DNA of 64,000 nucleotides from Leptonemataceae bacterium (GCA_965228745.1 CBDDID010000003.1:20152-84151), one strand, 5' to 3'; shown: positions 1 through 10,739, counted from the stretch's first letter. Notes: generated from the sequence alone by a model not told the origin. Numbers and translations: made by a program.

Positions 1-597
1 TCGGTTATAGGTTAATTTCTTCTCATCCGCTGTCTTATCGAATGGAATCAAAAGATAGCGAGCGATTTCCGAGCCTGCATGGGTGTCGTTTAGATGCCCC
101 TGGTCAGCCCGGGTTTCCACAAACTGAAAACGCTCATCGTCCCAGGAAGCATCCCTGGCATCGATCCACCGGCTCACAGCCTGGATGGTCTTATCCTGAT
201 AGAAATCTACATAGCGTTTCGCGGAATTATGGTCCTTCTTGTTGGGTCGGCAGAATACGACCAGCTGGGAAAGGCCCGGTCTGCTACCGGACACGAAATC
301 CAGGGCCGGGAAACAATAGACGCATACAAGCTTGGAGCTGCCTTTTCCCAGTAACTCCCGCAGAAACTCCTGGAACTTATCATCTGGCAGGGTAACATCC
401 TTTCGCAGCTGATCCATCCCGGGTAGGATTCGGTTTACGTCAAATCGGTTGGTCCAATCCAGAATCGTGTTAAAAAGTGCAAAGATGCCCTTGTATTTGA
501 AATCGCCACGGGCCTCCAGAGCCTGAACGAACTCCGTTGATTCCTGTAAATCGGCAACATCCGGCCTGGATGGATTTGTCTCGGTTGGGTTTGACAT
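1..597 (-). CDS. hypothetical protein, N-terminal part only (ORF runs off the left edge)
   Basis: My own minus-strand translation from ATG 597-595 (MSNPTETNPSRPDVADLQESTEFVQALEARGDFKYKG...) stays open for 199 codons to position 1. It is absent from the ORF track because no stop lies in the window. No family recognised. Confidence 0.45.
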   Translation of the reverse strand, partial: MSNPTETNPSRPDVADLQESTEFVQALEARGDFKYKGIFALFNTILDWTNRFDVNRILPGMDQLRKDVTLPDDKFQEFLRELLGKGSSKLVCVYCFPALDFVSGSRPGLSQLVVFCRPNKKDHNSAKRYVDFYQDKTIQAVSRWIDARDASWDDERFQFVETRADQGHLNDTHAGSEIARYLLIPFDKTADEKKLTYNR

Positions 598-649
598 GGA
601 AAACACTTTACCCGGCAGTGGGCTCCCCGATCCTACTTCAGAGGCTCCA

Positions 650-1426
650 ATGCAGAAGGCAACAATGAAAAACAGTACAGGGTACACTCTACCGGATCAA
701 GAGGAAAAGGCCTCCTACCTTCAGAAGAACTTCGATGAAATCGCTGCCTCCTATGACCGATTCAACGATCTTTTTACCGGAGGAATGCACCGCCTTTGGA
801 AGAAAAGGACCATCCGCAAAGCGCTGGATGGTATCCAGACAGGCACAATGCCCTCCAGAGTTCAGGTTCTGGATTTATGCTCCGGTTCTGGCGATATTGC
901 CCTGGGGTTTGCCCGAAATGAACCGGATCGCCGGGTGCTGGCCCTGGACTTCAGCGCAAAGATGCTGGGAGTCTTGAACGCAAAAAGACCATCCTCCATG
1001 ACCAACCTGAACATTGTGCAGGGGGATGCCATGAACCTACCACAGAAGTATCATGGAATATTCGATATTGTCAGCATTGGTTACGGAATTCGGAATCTTT
1101 CCGATCCCAGAGCCGGACTGGAACAGACCTTTCTGGCTCTTCGGCCCGGAGGAATGCTGGTTATTCTGGAAGTGGGCGATTTTTCTCCGGGCTGGATTGA
1201 GCCCATGGCGCGTATATACATGGAGAAGATCATTCCTGTGCTGGGACGCATAGCTCAGGGCAAAAAGCATGAGATGTATGAGTATCTACCCACATCGGCA
1301 AAGGCTTTTCCCGGTGCCATCGAGTTCACCGACTGGATAAGCGATGCTGGATTCGAAAACGTCCAGTTCGAACGCTATATGTTTGGAGCCAGCATCCTCT
1401 ACTCCGGAAGAAAACCTCTATCATAG
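650..1426 (+). CDS. ubiE: demethylmenaquinone/ubiquinone C-methyltransferase (UbiE/MenG family)
   Basis: ORF 596-1426. Contains the UbiE-like N-terminal block FDEIAASYDRFNDLFTGGMHRLWK and SAM motif I VLDLCSGSGDIA. The ATG at 596 overlaps the divergent gene start, so an internal ATG at 650 or 665 is more plausible. Confidence 0.85.
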   Translation: MQKATMKNSTGYTLPDQEEKASYLQKNFDEIAASYDRFNDLFTGGMHRLWKKRTIRKALDGIQTGTMPSRVQVLDLCSGSGDIALGFARNEPDRRVLALDFSAKMLGVLNAKRPSSMTNLNIVQGDAMNLPQKYHGIFDIVSIGYGIRNLSDPRAGLEQTFLALRPGGMLVILEVGDFSPGWIEPMARIYMEKIIPVLGRIAQGKKHEMYEYLPTSAKAFPGAIEFTDWISDAGFENVQFERYMFGASILYSGRKPLS

Positions 1427-1451
1427 GCGCCATGCGCTGAATGAAACGGCA

Positions 1452-2381
1452 ATGTTTGTAGTCTGCATCAAGAGAACCAAGTGGCAACGGGACCTGGAAC
1501 GCTATGGCGATCAGGATTTCCTGAAGCGAATCTACGAACTACAAAACAACGCATTCGATAAAGTATTTCATTCCCATGAAAGGCAGTTGGAGAATCTGGA
1601 GAAGCTGAGGGCTCGCCTGCCAGAGGCGGACTATATATTTCGCGAAGGCCTCATCGCATTCGAGCCAAAGCCAGGGCAGATTCTCGTAAGTCTGGGTGGA
1701 GATAATCACTTCGTTTACTGCGCCCGTTTCGCGGGCAACGAACCCATACTTGCCATAAATTCCGACCCTGCCACATCTACGGGATCTCTGCTCTACTTCG
1801 ACACAGAATCCTTCCTCAAAAAGCTGAACCGGGAGGCATCCGCAGACTGCGAACTGAACCCACAAATCAGCAGGCAAGAAGCCTGGACCATGGTAGAGGC
1901 AGAGCTACAATATCCCGATGGCCGTATTATCCGCACCGGACCCTGCATTAGCGAAATCAGCATTCGCAATGCATTTCCTGATGCAATGAGTCGGTATGTG
2001 CTTTCTGTAGATGGCGAACCCCCAGAGGAACAGAAAAGTTCCGGCCTGCTCATTGCCACCGGAGCAGGCTCCACAGGCTGGTTTAGAAACTGCCTGCCTC
2101 CGTCAATTCAACGCACTTCGCATGCAACCTTCGGTAGAGAAGAGAGTCTGTTTCGCATAGTGGCCCGTGAGCCAGGGTACCGAGCCGGACGAAAGTACCG
2201 ATACAGATACAGAAGTCTGGAGACCCAGCAGCTAAAAGTAATCTCCGAGATGGATGGCGAATTCACAGTGGATGCCCATGAGGAGCGGCGATTCCCTTTT
2301 CCTCCCGCTACCCAGGCCATCATCCAGATCAGTGAACAGAGGCTTCATGTAGTTCGTGATTTAAAGAACCCATCGAATTAG
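1452..2381 (+). CDS. ATP-NAD kinase / diacylglycerol-kinase-like family protein
   Basis: ORF 1344-2381, trimmed to the first ATG after the ubiE stop. GGDG-like motif LVSLGGDNHFVY is followed by LAINSDP. The family call rests on motif resemblance only. Confidence 0.5.
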   Translation: MFVVCIKRTKWQRDLERYGDQDFLKRIYELQNNAFDKVFHSHERQLENLEKLRARLPEADYIFREGLIAFEPKPGQILVSLGGDNHFVYCARFAGNEPILAINSDPATSTGSLLYFDTESFLKKLNREASADCELNPQISRQEAWTMVEAELQYPDGRIIRTGPCISEISIRNAFPDAMSRYVLSVDGEPPEEQKSSGLLIATGAGSTGWFRNCLPPSIQRTSHATFGREESLFRIVAREPGYRAGRKYRYRYRSLETQQLKVISEMDGEFTVDAHEERRFPFPPATQAIIQISEQRLHVVRDLKNPSN

Positions 2382-2618
2382 CAGATTACCTTTCACCTAA
2401 CCGGAGTCTCGGCCCTCTACGCTCCGATCAAACTCGGGGGCCACCTTTAGTACCAACAGCGGCAGGAAAACCGAAGGCTGCAGTTCTACCAGCCATGGCC
2501 GCCTGGACAACACAGACCAGCATCGCAAAGAAGCAATGGAAATCACAGGGATGGCGGGCCCCATACCCTGTCCCCCGGCTCTGTTGCAGACTATTCTCCC
2601 TGATCTCTGGATGCTCAA

Positions 2619-3767
2619 ATGCTCACTGTTTCTCTGGTCCGGCACTCCAGGAAGTGCCGGACCTATCAGGAGAGCATACAAACATCAGGGCATCCGAAAG
2701 TGCTTGCCGAAATTGCGACCTGGAATCAAATTCAGGGTGTGCCCAAAGAAATAACCCATATCCATGTGGCCGAAAAAATCCGAGAACGCATGCAGGAACC
2801 CGTTAAGAGCCTGCTTACCAGACAGGACCGACCTTATAGCTTTGGGTCCATGTCTCCCGATCTCTACTACTATGACATTCGACTTCCTCTAGAGAAGAAG
2901 CATAACCTTGAGTTGGGAGAAATCATCCATGGGCGGTACGGGAACGATAATTCCATGCATGTGCTCTGGATGCTGGAGCGATGTGTTGAAATAAAGGAGA
3001 AGAATCCGGACTCACTGGAGCCAATGTTTGCTTTTCTCTGCGGTTATCTTACGCATGTGGCCGCCGACATAGTGTTTCATCCCTATGTCTACTCTGTAAG
3101 CGGTAACTATTATGACCCTGACCCAAAAGAAAGAAGTACCGCAGAAGGAAGGCATAGGTTATTTGAAACAATGCTTGATTTCCACATTCTCAATCTAAGA
3201 AATCAGTCTCTACAGGACTTTCAGCTCCTGGAAAGGATCAATCCAGGAAAGCATAAGGACAATCTATTGGGGTTTTTCAGCAAAGGGATGTCCAATGCCA
3301 GTAGCGTAAAACTGCCTACCATGCCAGAGGCGGAAGATATTCACTGGATCACCGAGCGCTCTTTTCGTCGCTCCCGAACCATGATCGGTCTCTTTCACAA
3401 CCGGCCTCTGGTTGCCGGCCTCAATTCCTTGAACCGGAAAATGCAGGGAAAAATCAGCCATATCGCCTACCTGGGTTACGTTCGAAAACACAGGGCCAGT
3501 GATTTGCTTCAGTTTTCCAGTCTGGGACCCACGCCTCATCCTGTAACTGGTCAGGACTATGGTGGGCCAGTGCCCGGTCTCATCGAGGAGTCTACCGAAC
3601 TCGGCAAAGACTATCTGGATGTTTGCTGGAGAAGGATCTCCGGGGAAGCCTCTGCAGAGACAGCCAGGAAGGTTCTACGTCCACTATCGCTCAACAATGG
3701 CCTGGAAAAGACGCCGACCGAAAAAATGGTGCATTATAAAATTCATCCAGCATTGAACGTGGTTTAG
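2619..3767 (+). CDS. zinc-dependent phospholipase C-like family protein
   Basis: 382-aa ORF. His/Asp-rich block YLTHVAADIVFHPYVY is typical of the Zn-dependent PLC / P1-nuclease fold. The start codon is uncertain. Confidence 0.45.
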   Translation: MLTVSLVRHSRKCRTYQESIQTSGHPKVLAEIATWNQIQGVPKEITHIHVAEKIRERMQEPVKSLLTRQDRPYSFGSMSPDLYYYDIRLPLEKKHNLELGEIIHGRYGNDNSMHVLWMLERCVEIKEKNPDSLEPMFAFLCGYLTHVAADIVFHPYVYSVSGNYYDPDPKERSTAEGRHRLFETMLDFHILNLRNQSLQDFQLLERINPGKHKDNLLGFFSKGMSNASSVKLPTMPEAEDIHWITERSFRRSRTMIGLFHNRPLVAGLNSLNRKMQGKISHIAYLGYVRKHRASDLLQFSSLGPTPHPVTGQDYGGPVPGLIEESTELGKDYLDVCWRRISGEASAETARKVLRPLSLNNGLEKTPTEKMVHYKIHPALNVV

Positions 3768-4003
3768 AAATAGGCGCCGGAGCAGATGGGAGTCTGGGAT
3801 GGCAAAAAGGTAGTCCAGAGGGCCGCTCGTTAGATGAGCCTGGATTCAGTGAAGGTCATCCGCCAGAAGTTTCCAGATCAAATTCAGGGCACACCGGGAT
3901 TTACGGCTTCGGCTTCAGAGACAGCCCCCTCACGAAATAAAAAGGGCGCCCTTAAAAAGAGACGCCCAGATGCAGAAAACCGGATTCAATCCGGCTCCTG
4001 CCA

Positions 4004-4024
4004 GCCCGTTCGGGGCCTTTTTTT
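4004..4024 (+). terminator. candidate intrinsic terminator after the phospholipase-C-like gene
   Basis: Short GC stem GCCC/GGGC (4004-4016) followed by T7 (4018-4024). The stem is only 4 bp. Confidence 0.4.
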
Positions 4025-4092
4025 ACATCCGTTCAGCCAGCCGAACATCCTCTTCCCTTAACGGTAGCCTGTTAGCGAAGGTCTTAAAAAGT

Positions 4093-4761
4093 CTATCGTC
4101 CCCAGTCCAGACTTTCCAGAGCAGTCTTCGCATTTCGCTTGGTCTGATTCGGAAAGGAAGACTGCACTACCTTCATCAAAGGAACCAGAGCCCTCTTGTC
4201 GCGAAGAGTACCCAGACTAACACAAATTACCGTGGTAATGGAGATATTGTTTGCATTCGGGCCCCGATCCAACTCTTTATTGAGAGCGGAGATCAGCGCT
4301 TCCACAGCTGCAGATTTGTCTTTGCGAAAATCCGCAAGGGTTCGCGCTGCTGCCGCTCGGACATCCTCATGCTCATCGCTATCCATCATCACTCGTCCCA
4401 GCGGGCCGATTAACTGTGAGCTTCCGTCCAGCTCTGCAAAGTTTCGGAGCGCTTCGCAAATGGCAATGCGCAGTACATGATGGTCCTGAACATTCTTCTC
4501 GGGCCTCAGAGCTCCCAGAAGCGGATTATACAGTCTGGATGGCTGGACATTGGAATTCGGCAACTGTCGGGAAAGCTCCGCCATCCGATTCACTGCCAGC
4601 CTCTTCTGATCTACAGAAACCTCCGGGTCGGAAAGAGCCCGTGCCAGCTCATCCACTCCATCCAGAGTGATTCGATTAAAGTACGTAGGGCTGATTTCCT
4701 GGGCAGCGAGGAACCCCGGAAAGAGCAGCGAAATTAGAAAAACAAAAACTACCTTCTTCAC
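4093..4761 (-). CDS. secreted HEAT-repeat protein
   Basis: Signal peptide MKKVVFVFLISLLFPGFLAAQE. HEAT-like repeats (DVRAAAARTLADF, HVLRIAICEALRNF). The GTG start shares one base with the upstream stop (TAGTG at 4759-4763). Confidence 0.6.
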   Translation of the reverse strand: MKKVVFVFLISLLFPGFLAAQEISPTYFNRITLDGVDELARALSDPEVSVDQKRLAVNRMAELSRQLPNSNVQPSRLYNPLLGALRPEKNVQDHHVLRIAICEALRNFAELDGSSQLIGPLGRVMMDSDEHEDVRAAAARTLADFRKDKSAAVEALISALNKELDRGPNANNISITTVICVSLGTLRDKRALVPLMKVVQSSFPNQTKRNAKTALESLDWGR

Positions 4762-5264
4762 TATTTAACCCTCTTTTCAATCACCTCATTGAGTAGAGAT
4801 GCCAGTTCCTGGAATTGATCTCCCTTTCGAATTCGAATGGGACCGGCCGGTTCTCCATTCTTGAGATCCCGAAGGGAGTTCTTTATGCTATGGATGGGGC
4901 CTGCCATACTATGGGAATAGAACAGGCTAAAGACCACGATGATAACCAGATTCAAAATACTTGTAAAAACGATAGGCTTCCAGTAGAGCTCGAAGGCATC
5001 ATAGGGCTTCACCGGAGCCGGCAAATCCACCGCTCCACCATCCGGGTAGGTGCAATTCAAAGCAGCGGCCGAGTCGGTGCTCCATAGTACGCCGCTATTA
5101 TCCGGCACCAGGCCGAATGCATTCTCTTTTAATAGCCAGAGAGCTCCAATTGTAAACACCATCACCAGCACAACGACCAGTGAAAAGCGCACAATGAACT
5201 GGTTCTGAAATGATCTGTCGATATAATATCGCCAGCGCGCCTGCTTTTGATCTGTCTCTTTCAA
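4761..5264 (-). CDS. two-TM membrane protein with a C-terminal HAMP-like segment and no output domain
   Basis: 167 aa with two hydrophobic helices, then MAGPIHSIKNSLRDLKNGE...GDQFQELASLLNEVIEK (HAMP-like P...DE-x-G/Q-x-L pattern). Confidence 0.6.
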   Translation of the reverse strand: MKETDQKQARWRYYIDRSFQNQFIVRFSLVVVLVMVFTIGALWLLKENAFGLVPDNSGVLWSTDSAAALNCTYPDGGAVDLPAPVKPYDAFELYWKPIVFTSILNLVIIVVFSLFYSHSMAGPIHSIKNSLRDLKNGEPAGPIRIRKGDQFQELASLLNEVIEKRVK

Positions 5265-5365
5265 CGTTCCTCTCCCTGGCGTGGATCGCCGATTGTCATT
5301 TGTTTATAGAATTATAGAACCAAAGATCTTTCCGCCCCACTTTAACCGTGCCCGGTTGTCCGCGG

Positions 5366-8300
5366 TCAATAATAAACCGAAAGCAACCTGCTATCGAATT
5401 TGCCGGGATTCTCCTGCCAGAGAAGCTTGCCGCTGCCATCTATTAGACGAAGAGTTCCATCAACTCCTATATACATTAGCTTGTTTTCTGGCAATGCATG
5501 GATAGAGCGGCCCGGTCTTGCAGCCACCGACAATTTAATGGTCTTTACAATATCTCCGGAATCCAGTTGATGCAGATTGGTGCCGCTCATAGCATAGATG
5601 GTTCCATTTTCCACTTCCAGCCAGTCCAATTTCATGGCCACGCTGGCAGACTCATCCAGATCTTCAGGATCCAGAAACAGCACTCCTTTGCTATGAGCCA
5701 CCAGGAGTTCCCCGTCGTGAATCTTGATGGAAATCACATCAGAGATTCCGTGGACTTCGCTGCGGCTTTCGCCCTCAAAAGAAATTCGAGTAATGGTGGT
5801 TTTTCCCCCGGAAGACCTGGAGTGGTAGAAACCGTTGGCATAGAAGAAGGTTCCCTGTTCCTTTCCTTTGTAATCGCGAGGAGACAGAATTCTTTCATCC
5901 GCAGTATTACCCAGTGCCTTTAGCTCCAGTTCCTTGCCTGGACCACAGCCCTTTCCTGTAATGGCGGCAACCTGCCCATCCGCGCCCAGAAGTCTGCAGA
6001 CCTCCGGCATATCCCACTGATCCACTGTCTCGCCGGTTACCGGATCCAGACTGATAATACGATTGCGAAAGGCCACATAGATCCAGTAATCCTGAAGCCC
6101 ATCCATGATCGGGGCATCGAATCTTCTGGTATAAACCGGCGACTCAGAACCCAGCCTGGCAGCAACTACCCGGGTTTTCTCTATATAAATGATCATATCC
6201 CGATGACGCACAACCTTCACCGGATCCACGGCAGGCAGGGCCATTGGAGAAAGTGCACGAGCCTGACCGTTAGAAAGCCGAGCCAACTTCTGTCTCACCT
6301 CTTCTCGATCTTTGTCTGGAAGAGATGGAAAATCCTGGAGTATGGTTCTGTAGGTCTTTTCCAGAGCCACTCTCTGGCCTGGCATCTTTTCCAGAATTCT
6401 GGCTCTTGCTTTATGATATTCGGCGGTGGTCTCCAGCTCTATGGCTCGGTCAATGTGATTCAAGGCCTGACGATAGTTTCCAGATTCAAAGTCCAGGAAT
6501 GATAGATGGTAATGCGGATCACTGAAGTTTGGATACATCCTTACCATGTCTTCCAGCGACTTCCTGGCTCGAGCTTCTTCGTTGGAATTCAAATCGATCA
6601 ATGCCAGGTTCAGACGAGCCAATTCCTTTCCGAAGGTATCGTATTTCAAGGCTTCCTTGAAATCTTTCTCTGATTCCGATTGTTTGCCCTGCTCATAAAG
6701 AGCCACCCCTCTGGCCAGCCGCGCAGGAATGAAGTCCGGACGATAAATCAGGGAAGTCTGAAAGGAATCGAATGCTTCTTCCGGATCATCGTTCATTAGA
6801 TGGATGATACCCAGTTTATAATGGCTATAGTAAGCATCCTCTTTAGAATCTACAATGCCCTGGAAGCCCTTCTTCGCTTCATCGGCACGGCCGGCACGAA
6901 TGAAGTTGGCATACATGGCTTCCCGAACCTCGGTGCTGGATGGATTTTCGGCTGCAGCCTTTTCCAGCAGTCGAAAGCCTTCCTGCTCCTTTCCCTGCTG
7001 GATCAGACTATCTGCAATCCGAACGAGAAATGCAGGCCTGGGCCATTTGGCATGCAGGTTACGAAATAGCACTTCAGCCCTTGCGAAGCGGCCGGACTGA
7101 TAGGTGTCCTCGGCTCGTTCCAGTTCAGGCAAAAATCGAGCATGTTTCTTATTGTCCTGGATCACTTCTTTGGCGCTGGTAAGACCTGGCAGATTGGGAT
7201 CCAGCTTTTCGCTTCGTGCGATCAATCGAAGGGCCGTATTGGGATCATTCCTGCGATTCGCCTCCAGAGCCTGACGATACACTACATAGGAAAGCCTTCG
7301 GCGAACCAGTTCATGTTCCGGGTATCTCTTCAAAAGCCTCTCGTAATGATTCTCCGCTTCCTTCCATTTCTGATCATCCTCATAGATGCGGCCAAAGGCT
7401 ACGGCCGCCTCGGGGTTGGTCTGGCTCAGTTTTTCCAGCCGGATCTGTATATTTCGTCTTGCTGCAGCGTTGCCGACCTGGGTATATAGCCTGAGCAATC
7501 CTTCCAGGGCCTGAACATTTTCCGAGTCTACCTTTAGCGCTTTCTTATAGTGATTTTCCGCCACACCGAACCGACGTCGGAGCAATTCCGTTCGGCCCAG
7601 AGAGTTCAGGGCAGCCGTGCTTTTGGAGTCTACCTTGAGGGCCTTCTGGTATTCCAGCACAGCGCGGTAGAATTCATTCTTTTCAAAGTATCTATCCCCT
7701 GTGCCAAGATAGCGGGCCAGCTTGAAGTAGGTGCGGGCCTGCTCCTTTTCTTTCTCAGGCATGGAAAGCTTTTCCAGTGCACTTAGATGTCTTTCCGCTT
7801 CATCGTAGCGACGTGCATCGATATACGTGTAGAATGCGTTCAGCCTGGAGGGATAATGGTCCGGCTTCATCTTCAGGGCTTTTTCGAATTGAACCAGAGC
7901 ACATTTTATGTCTCCAGCGTCACGACAGGCCAATCCCAGCTGGTTGATCAGTTCAATTTCTTCTGGATTTCTCTCCAGTCCTTCCTCCAGCACTTTGCGA
8001 GCCTGCAGGGTTTTTCCATTCTTGCGAAGAGCAGTAGCATGAATGATTCGACCACTTACTGAGTCAGGACTGAGCTTGATTCCTTCTTCTGTGTACTTGA
8101 GAGCTTTGGCCGGTTCATTGTTCTGTAGATAGGCATTTCCCAGCAAAAATTTCGGAGCTGCCGACTTAGGGCTGGTGTCCACAGCCTTTTGAAAGATTGC
8201 AATGGCTTCCGTAACCTTCCCCGCTTTCAGGAGTTCATTTCCCTGATCCATTAACCGGGCGGACTGACTGGCATTTCGACCTGTATTCGCCTCTTCCATC

Positions 8301-8941
8301 TTTGGGTTCTTCTTGCCAGCCAGGGCAAAATACTTGTCGGATTCTTCGTATTTCTTTTGCTCCAGGCAAACATCACCTAACTGCAGATAGGCCTGGTCGA
8401 TGTGTTCAAAATCATCTTTCAGTGATTTCTTCAGATATTCGTAAGCTTTGTCCAGTTCCCCCAGGTTTTTATAGCCTACGCCGGCCCGGTACCAGTACAC
8501 CGGATCATTGGGATACGCTTCAGTGAGTTTAAGATATTTCTCCTGGGCCTTTTCTGGCTGATTCAGCGAATCATAGAGCAAACCCGAGGTAAGCAATAGC
8601 TGCTGATCTGTAGGATTGATGCTTTCTGCCTGCTCAAACGCTTCCAGGGCTTCCGATTCCTTGCCGGCCCGGCTCAAAGCCAGACCTTTCAGATAGTAGC
8701 CTTCGAACAAAGGCAGGACCTGAATAGACTGGTTGGCCAGGTCCAGAGCCCTGGAATACTGCTTCTGCACAACAGCCAGATTGCCCTGGCGGATCAGTTC
8801 CCGACTTTTTGCCAGCTTCGCCGGGTCCACATTCGCCGGCGTCTCTCGCTCCACGGCATCCGATCGCTGTGCGGATCGACAGTGCATCAGCCCCAGGACG
8901 GTAATAGATGCGAATAAGACAATGATAGACTTGGATTTCAT
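5366..8941 (-). CDS. large TPR-repeat lipoprotein with a non-TPR beta-rich C-terminal region
   Basis: 1191 aa. Signal plus lipobox-like VLGLMHC. About 850 aa of TPR-type repeats (A..Y.KAL...P). The C-terminal ~300 aa is non-helical by composition. Confidence 0.75.
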   Translation of the reverse strand: MKSKSIIVLFASITVLGLMHCRSAQRSDAVERETPANVDPAKLAKSRELIRQGNLAVVQKQYSRALDLANQSIQVLPLFEGYYLKGLALSRAGKESEALEAFEQAESINPTDQQLLLTSGLLYDSLNQPEKAQEKYLKLTEAYPNDPVYWYRAGVGYKNLGELDKAYEYLKKSLKDDFEHIDQAYLQLGDVCLEQKKYEESDKYFALAGKKNPKMEEANTGRNASQSARLMDQGNELLKAGKVTEAIAIFQKAVDTSPKSAAPKFLLGNAYLQNNEPAKALKYTEEGIKLSPDSVSGRIIHATALRKNGKTLQARKVLEEGLERNPEEIELINQLGLACRDAGDIKCALVQFEKALKMKPDHYPSRLNAFYTYIDARRYDEAERHLSALEKLSMPEKEKEQARTYFKLARYLGTGDRYFEKNEFYRAVLEYQKALKVDSKSTAALNSLGRTELLRRRFGVAENHYKKALKVDSENVQALEGLLRLYTQVGNAAARRNIQIRLEKLSQTNPEAAVAFGRIYEDDQKWKEAENHYERLLKRYPEHELVRRRLSYVVYRQALEANRRNDPNTALRLIARSEKLDPNLPGLTSAKEVIQDNKKHARFLPELERAEDTYQSGRFARAEVLFRNLHAKWPRPAFLVRIADSLIQQGKEQEGFRLLEKAAAENPSSTEVREAMYANFIRAGRADEAKKGFQGIVDSKEDAYYSHYKLGIIHLMNDDPEEAFDSFQTSLIYRPDFIPARLARGVALYEQGKQSESEKDFKEALKYDTFGKELARLNLALIDLNSNEEARARKSLEDMVRMYPNFSDPHYHLSFLDFESGNYRQALNHIDRAIELETTAEYHKARARILEKMPGQRVALEKTYRTILQDFPSLPDKDREEVRQKLARLSNGQARALSPMALPAVDPVKVVRHRDMIIYIEKTRVVAARLGSESPVYTRRFDAPIMDGLQDYWIYVAFRNRIISLDPVTGETVDQWDMPEVCRLLGADGQVAAITGKGCGPGKELELKALGNTADERILSPRDYKGKEQGTFFYANGFYHSRSSGGKTTITRISFEGESRSEVHGISDVISIKIHDGELLVAHSKGVLFLDPEDLDESASVAMKLDWLEVENGTIYAMSGTNLHQLDSGDIVKTIKLSVAARPGRSIHALPENKLMYIGVDGTLRLIDGSGKLLWQENPGKFDSRLLSVYY

Positions 8942-9004
8942 ATTGGTTCTCGTGTTCTAATCTGTTCCGGCCACTGGAGCGTACCGGGGGCCCTGCGGCC
9001 CTGC

Positions 9005-10657
9005 TTAATTCTGTCCGCTTTCTTCTGGCACTTCCCGAAGCCTTTTGTACAGCCCCAGGGAACGCCCCAGATCAAAAGCCAGGGAACGGCCCCATTCTAT
9101 GATTGCATTGCCCACCATCGGACCGGCCCTTACTTCCATCTCCTGAACTGGCAGGGATTGATTTGAGCCAGAAAGATAGAGGCTGAAGTATCCGGAGTTG
9201 CGATAGGGGCCATCATAGATTTCAGCTCCATTCAAACGAATCTCCAGATTCTGATCCTCTTCACTATAGAAGATTTCCAGCACTTCAAGCTGCCCTTCGC
9301 CCGGTGGCGGACGCAGGAACTCATTGGTTGAGCCGGTTTCCGGCGAAAGGAAGAACAGTCGATCCCCTTTGATAGAGAGATAAGGTCGATCGCTGCCCTG
9401 TCCCGAGCTAAGCCCAAAATTTAGATCTTCCCCCGGCGTAAAAGTGATGCGAATCCTCTGATCCATGGCATCCAGGGGCTGCGAAAGTAGTCCCGGCGGC
9501 AGTCCATCCTGCTTGCGGACAATCTCAAGTTTGAGCTGACCAGCATCTTTTCGCACGGCCTTTAATGCCTGGTTCGAAGCCCAGAGGTTTCCCGGCTCAG
9601 GGGTGCGAATAAAATCAATGTAGTATTCAAACGGATAATAACGCGTGATATCCTCTCCTTCACCCATGCTCACAGTGCTCTTTCGCATGACGAAGGCTTC
9701 GCCGGAGTCTTCCTCCTTACGAGCAATCTCGAGCTGAATCTCGCCAGACATCAAGGATGGGAATGCCAGAGGAGCGCTACCCTGCACGGTGCCCTCCAGA
9801 GCCACCTGGAGTCTGGACGGAGACGTAAAAACAGAAAGAGAGCTTGCGCTTTCATCATCCGGCCAGGAGAGCAGCAGCACTTCCTGTCCTGCCGGACGAA
9901 CAATCAGGGTACGAATTCGGGGCTCCATGCCCTTTCGCTTAATTGAGAATTCATAGGCGCCAGCAGGAAGATCCAGGGCAACAGGAGTGGTGCCCGAGTG
10001 AACTTCTGCACCGCTGCGGTTACGAATCTTCACCGAAGCTTCCTGCCCGGATATCACCTTCACCTGACCGGTGCCCAGCAAAGAAATCCACTGCCTCAGG
10101 TCTTCGCCGCTAGAAGCAGGAAAAGACATGGAGGGTCCGGTGCCATCAGACAGAAATGCCGAGAGCCCACTGAACAGCGCCAGCCCATCCCCATCGCCGC
10201 TGGACTGCAGACTGAAGTTCCTTTGAAAAGCAGCATAGCTTCGTCCGGAGGGATTGTGCTCCAGAGATGCATTTAGAGAATACTGGTTATCGCCTTCTCC
10301 TTTGATGTGAACTCGCAGGGTATAAGGATATCCCTGGGGAGGGGCATCCTGGGCAGAAATCCGAAATGTGGGAAGCACCGCTCCTCGAACCGGAATATTT
10401 CTGAGCCATCCATGAACCCTTTGCTCCACAATGCGACGGAGATCTGGATCCTCCAGGGACTCAAAGCGAAGGGAATAAGCCAGGGTGATGGGCTCTTTTT
10501 CCAGTTCGTCCAGGCTTGCCACCGGACGATCCGGAAGTGGAAAAGGCTGCAGTTCCGGAAAGCTTAGATTCGTAGACGTGGGCTGCTGCACGGGCTGTAA
10601 ACCGGCACAGCTCACTGTCAGAAGCAATATCAGGGAGAGAAATAAGGACCTTGCCAT
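9005..10657 (-). CDS. lipoprotein of unknown function
   Basis: ORF 9005-10687. The internal start MARSLFLSLILLLTVSCAG gives a signal peptide with a lipobox Cys. No family recognised. Confidence 0.6.
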   Translation of the reverse strand: MARSLFLSLILLLTVSCAGLQPVQQPTSTNLSFPELQPFPLPDRPVASLDELEKEPITLAYSLRFESLEDPDLRRIVEQRVHGWLRNIPVRGAVLPTFRISAQDAPPQGYPYTLRVHIKGEGDNQYSLNASLEHNPSGRSYAAFQRNFSLQSSGDGDGLALFSGLSAFLSDGTGPSMSFPASSGEDLRQWISLLGTGQVKVISGQEASVKIRNRSGAEVHSGTTPVALDLPAGAYEFSIKRKGMEPRIRTLIVRPAGQEVLLLSWPDDESASSLSVFTSPSRLQVALEGTVQGSAPLAFPSLMSGEIQLEIARKEEDSGEAFVMRKSTVSMGEGEDITRYYPFEYYIDFIRTPEPGNLWASNQALKAVRKDAGQLKLEIVRKQDGLPPGLLSQPLDAMDQRIRITFTPGEDLNFGLSSGQGSDRPYLSIKGDRLFFLSPETGSTNEFLRPPPGEGQLEVLEIFYSEEDQNLEIRLNGAEIYDGPYRNSGYFSLYLSGSNQSLPVQEMEVRAGPMVGNAIIEWGRSLAFDLGRSLGLYKRLREVPEESGQN

Positions 10658-10739
10658 AGGAATGCTCAGGAAATGCCTTCCGACCATTCCATTGTCAAGC
10701 GGTTGTTATGCGATTCCAGGCATAAGCCGGAGGATGTAT

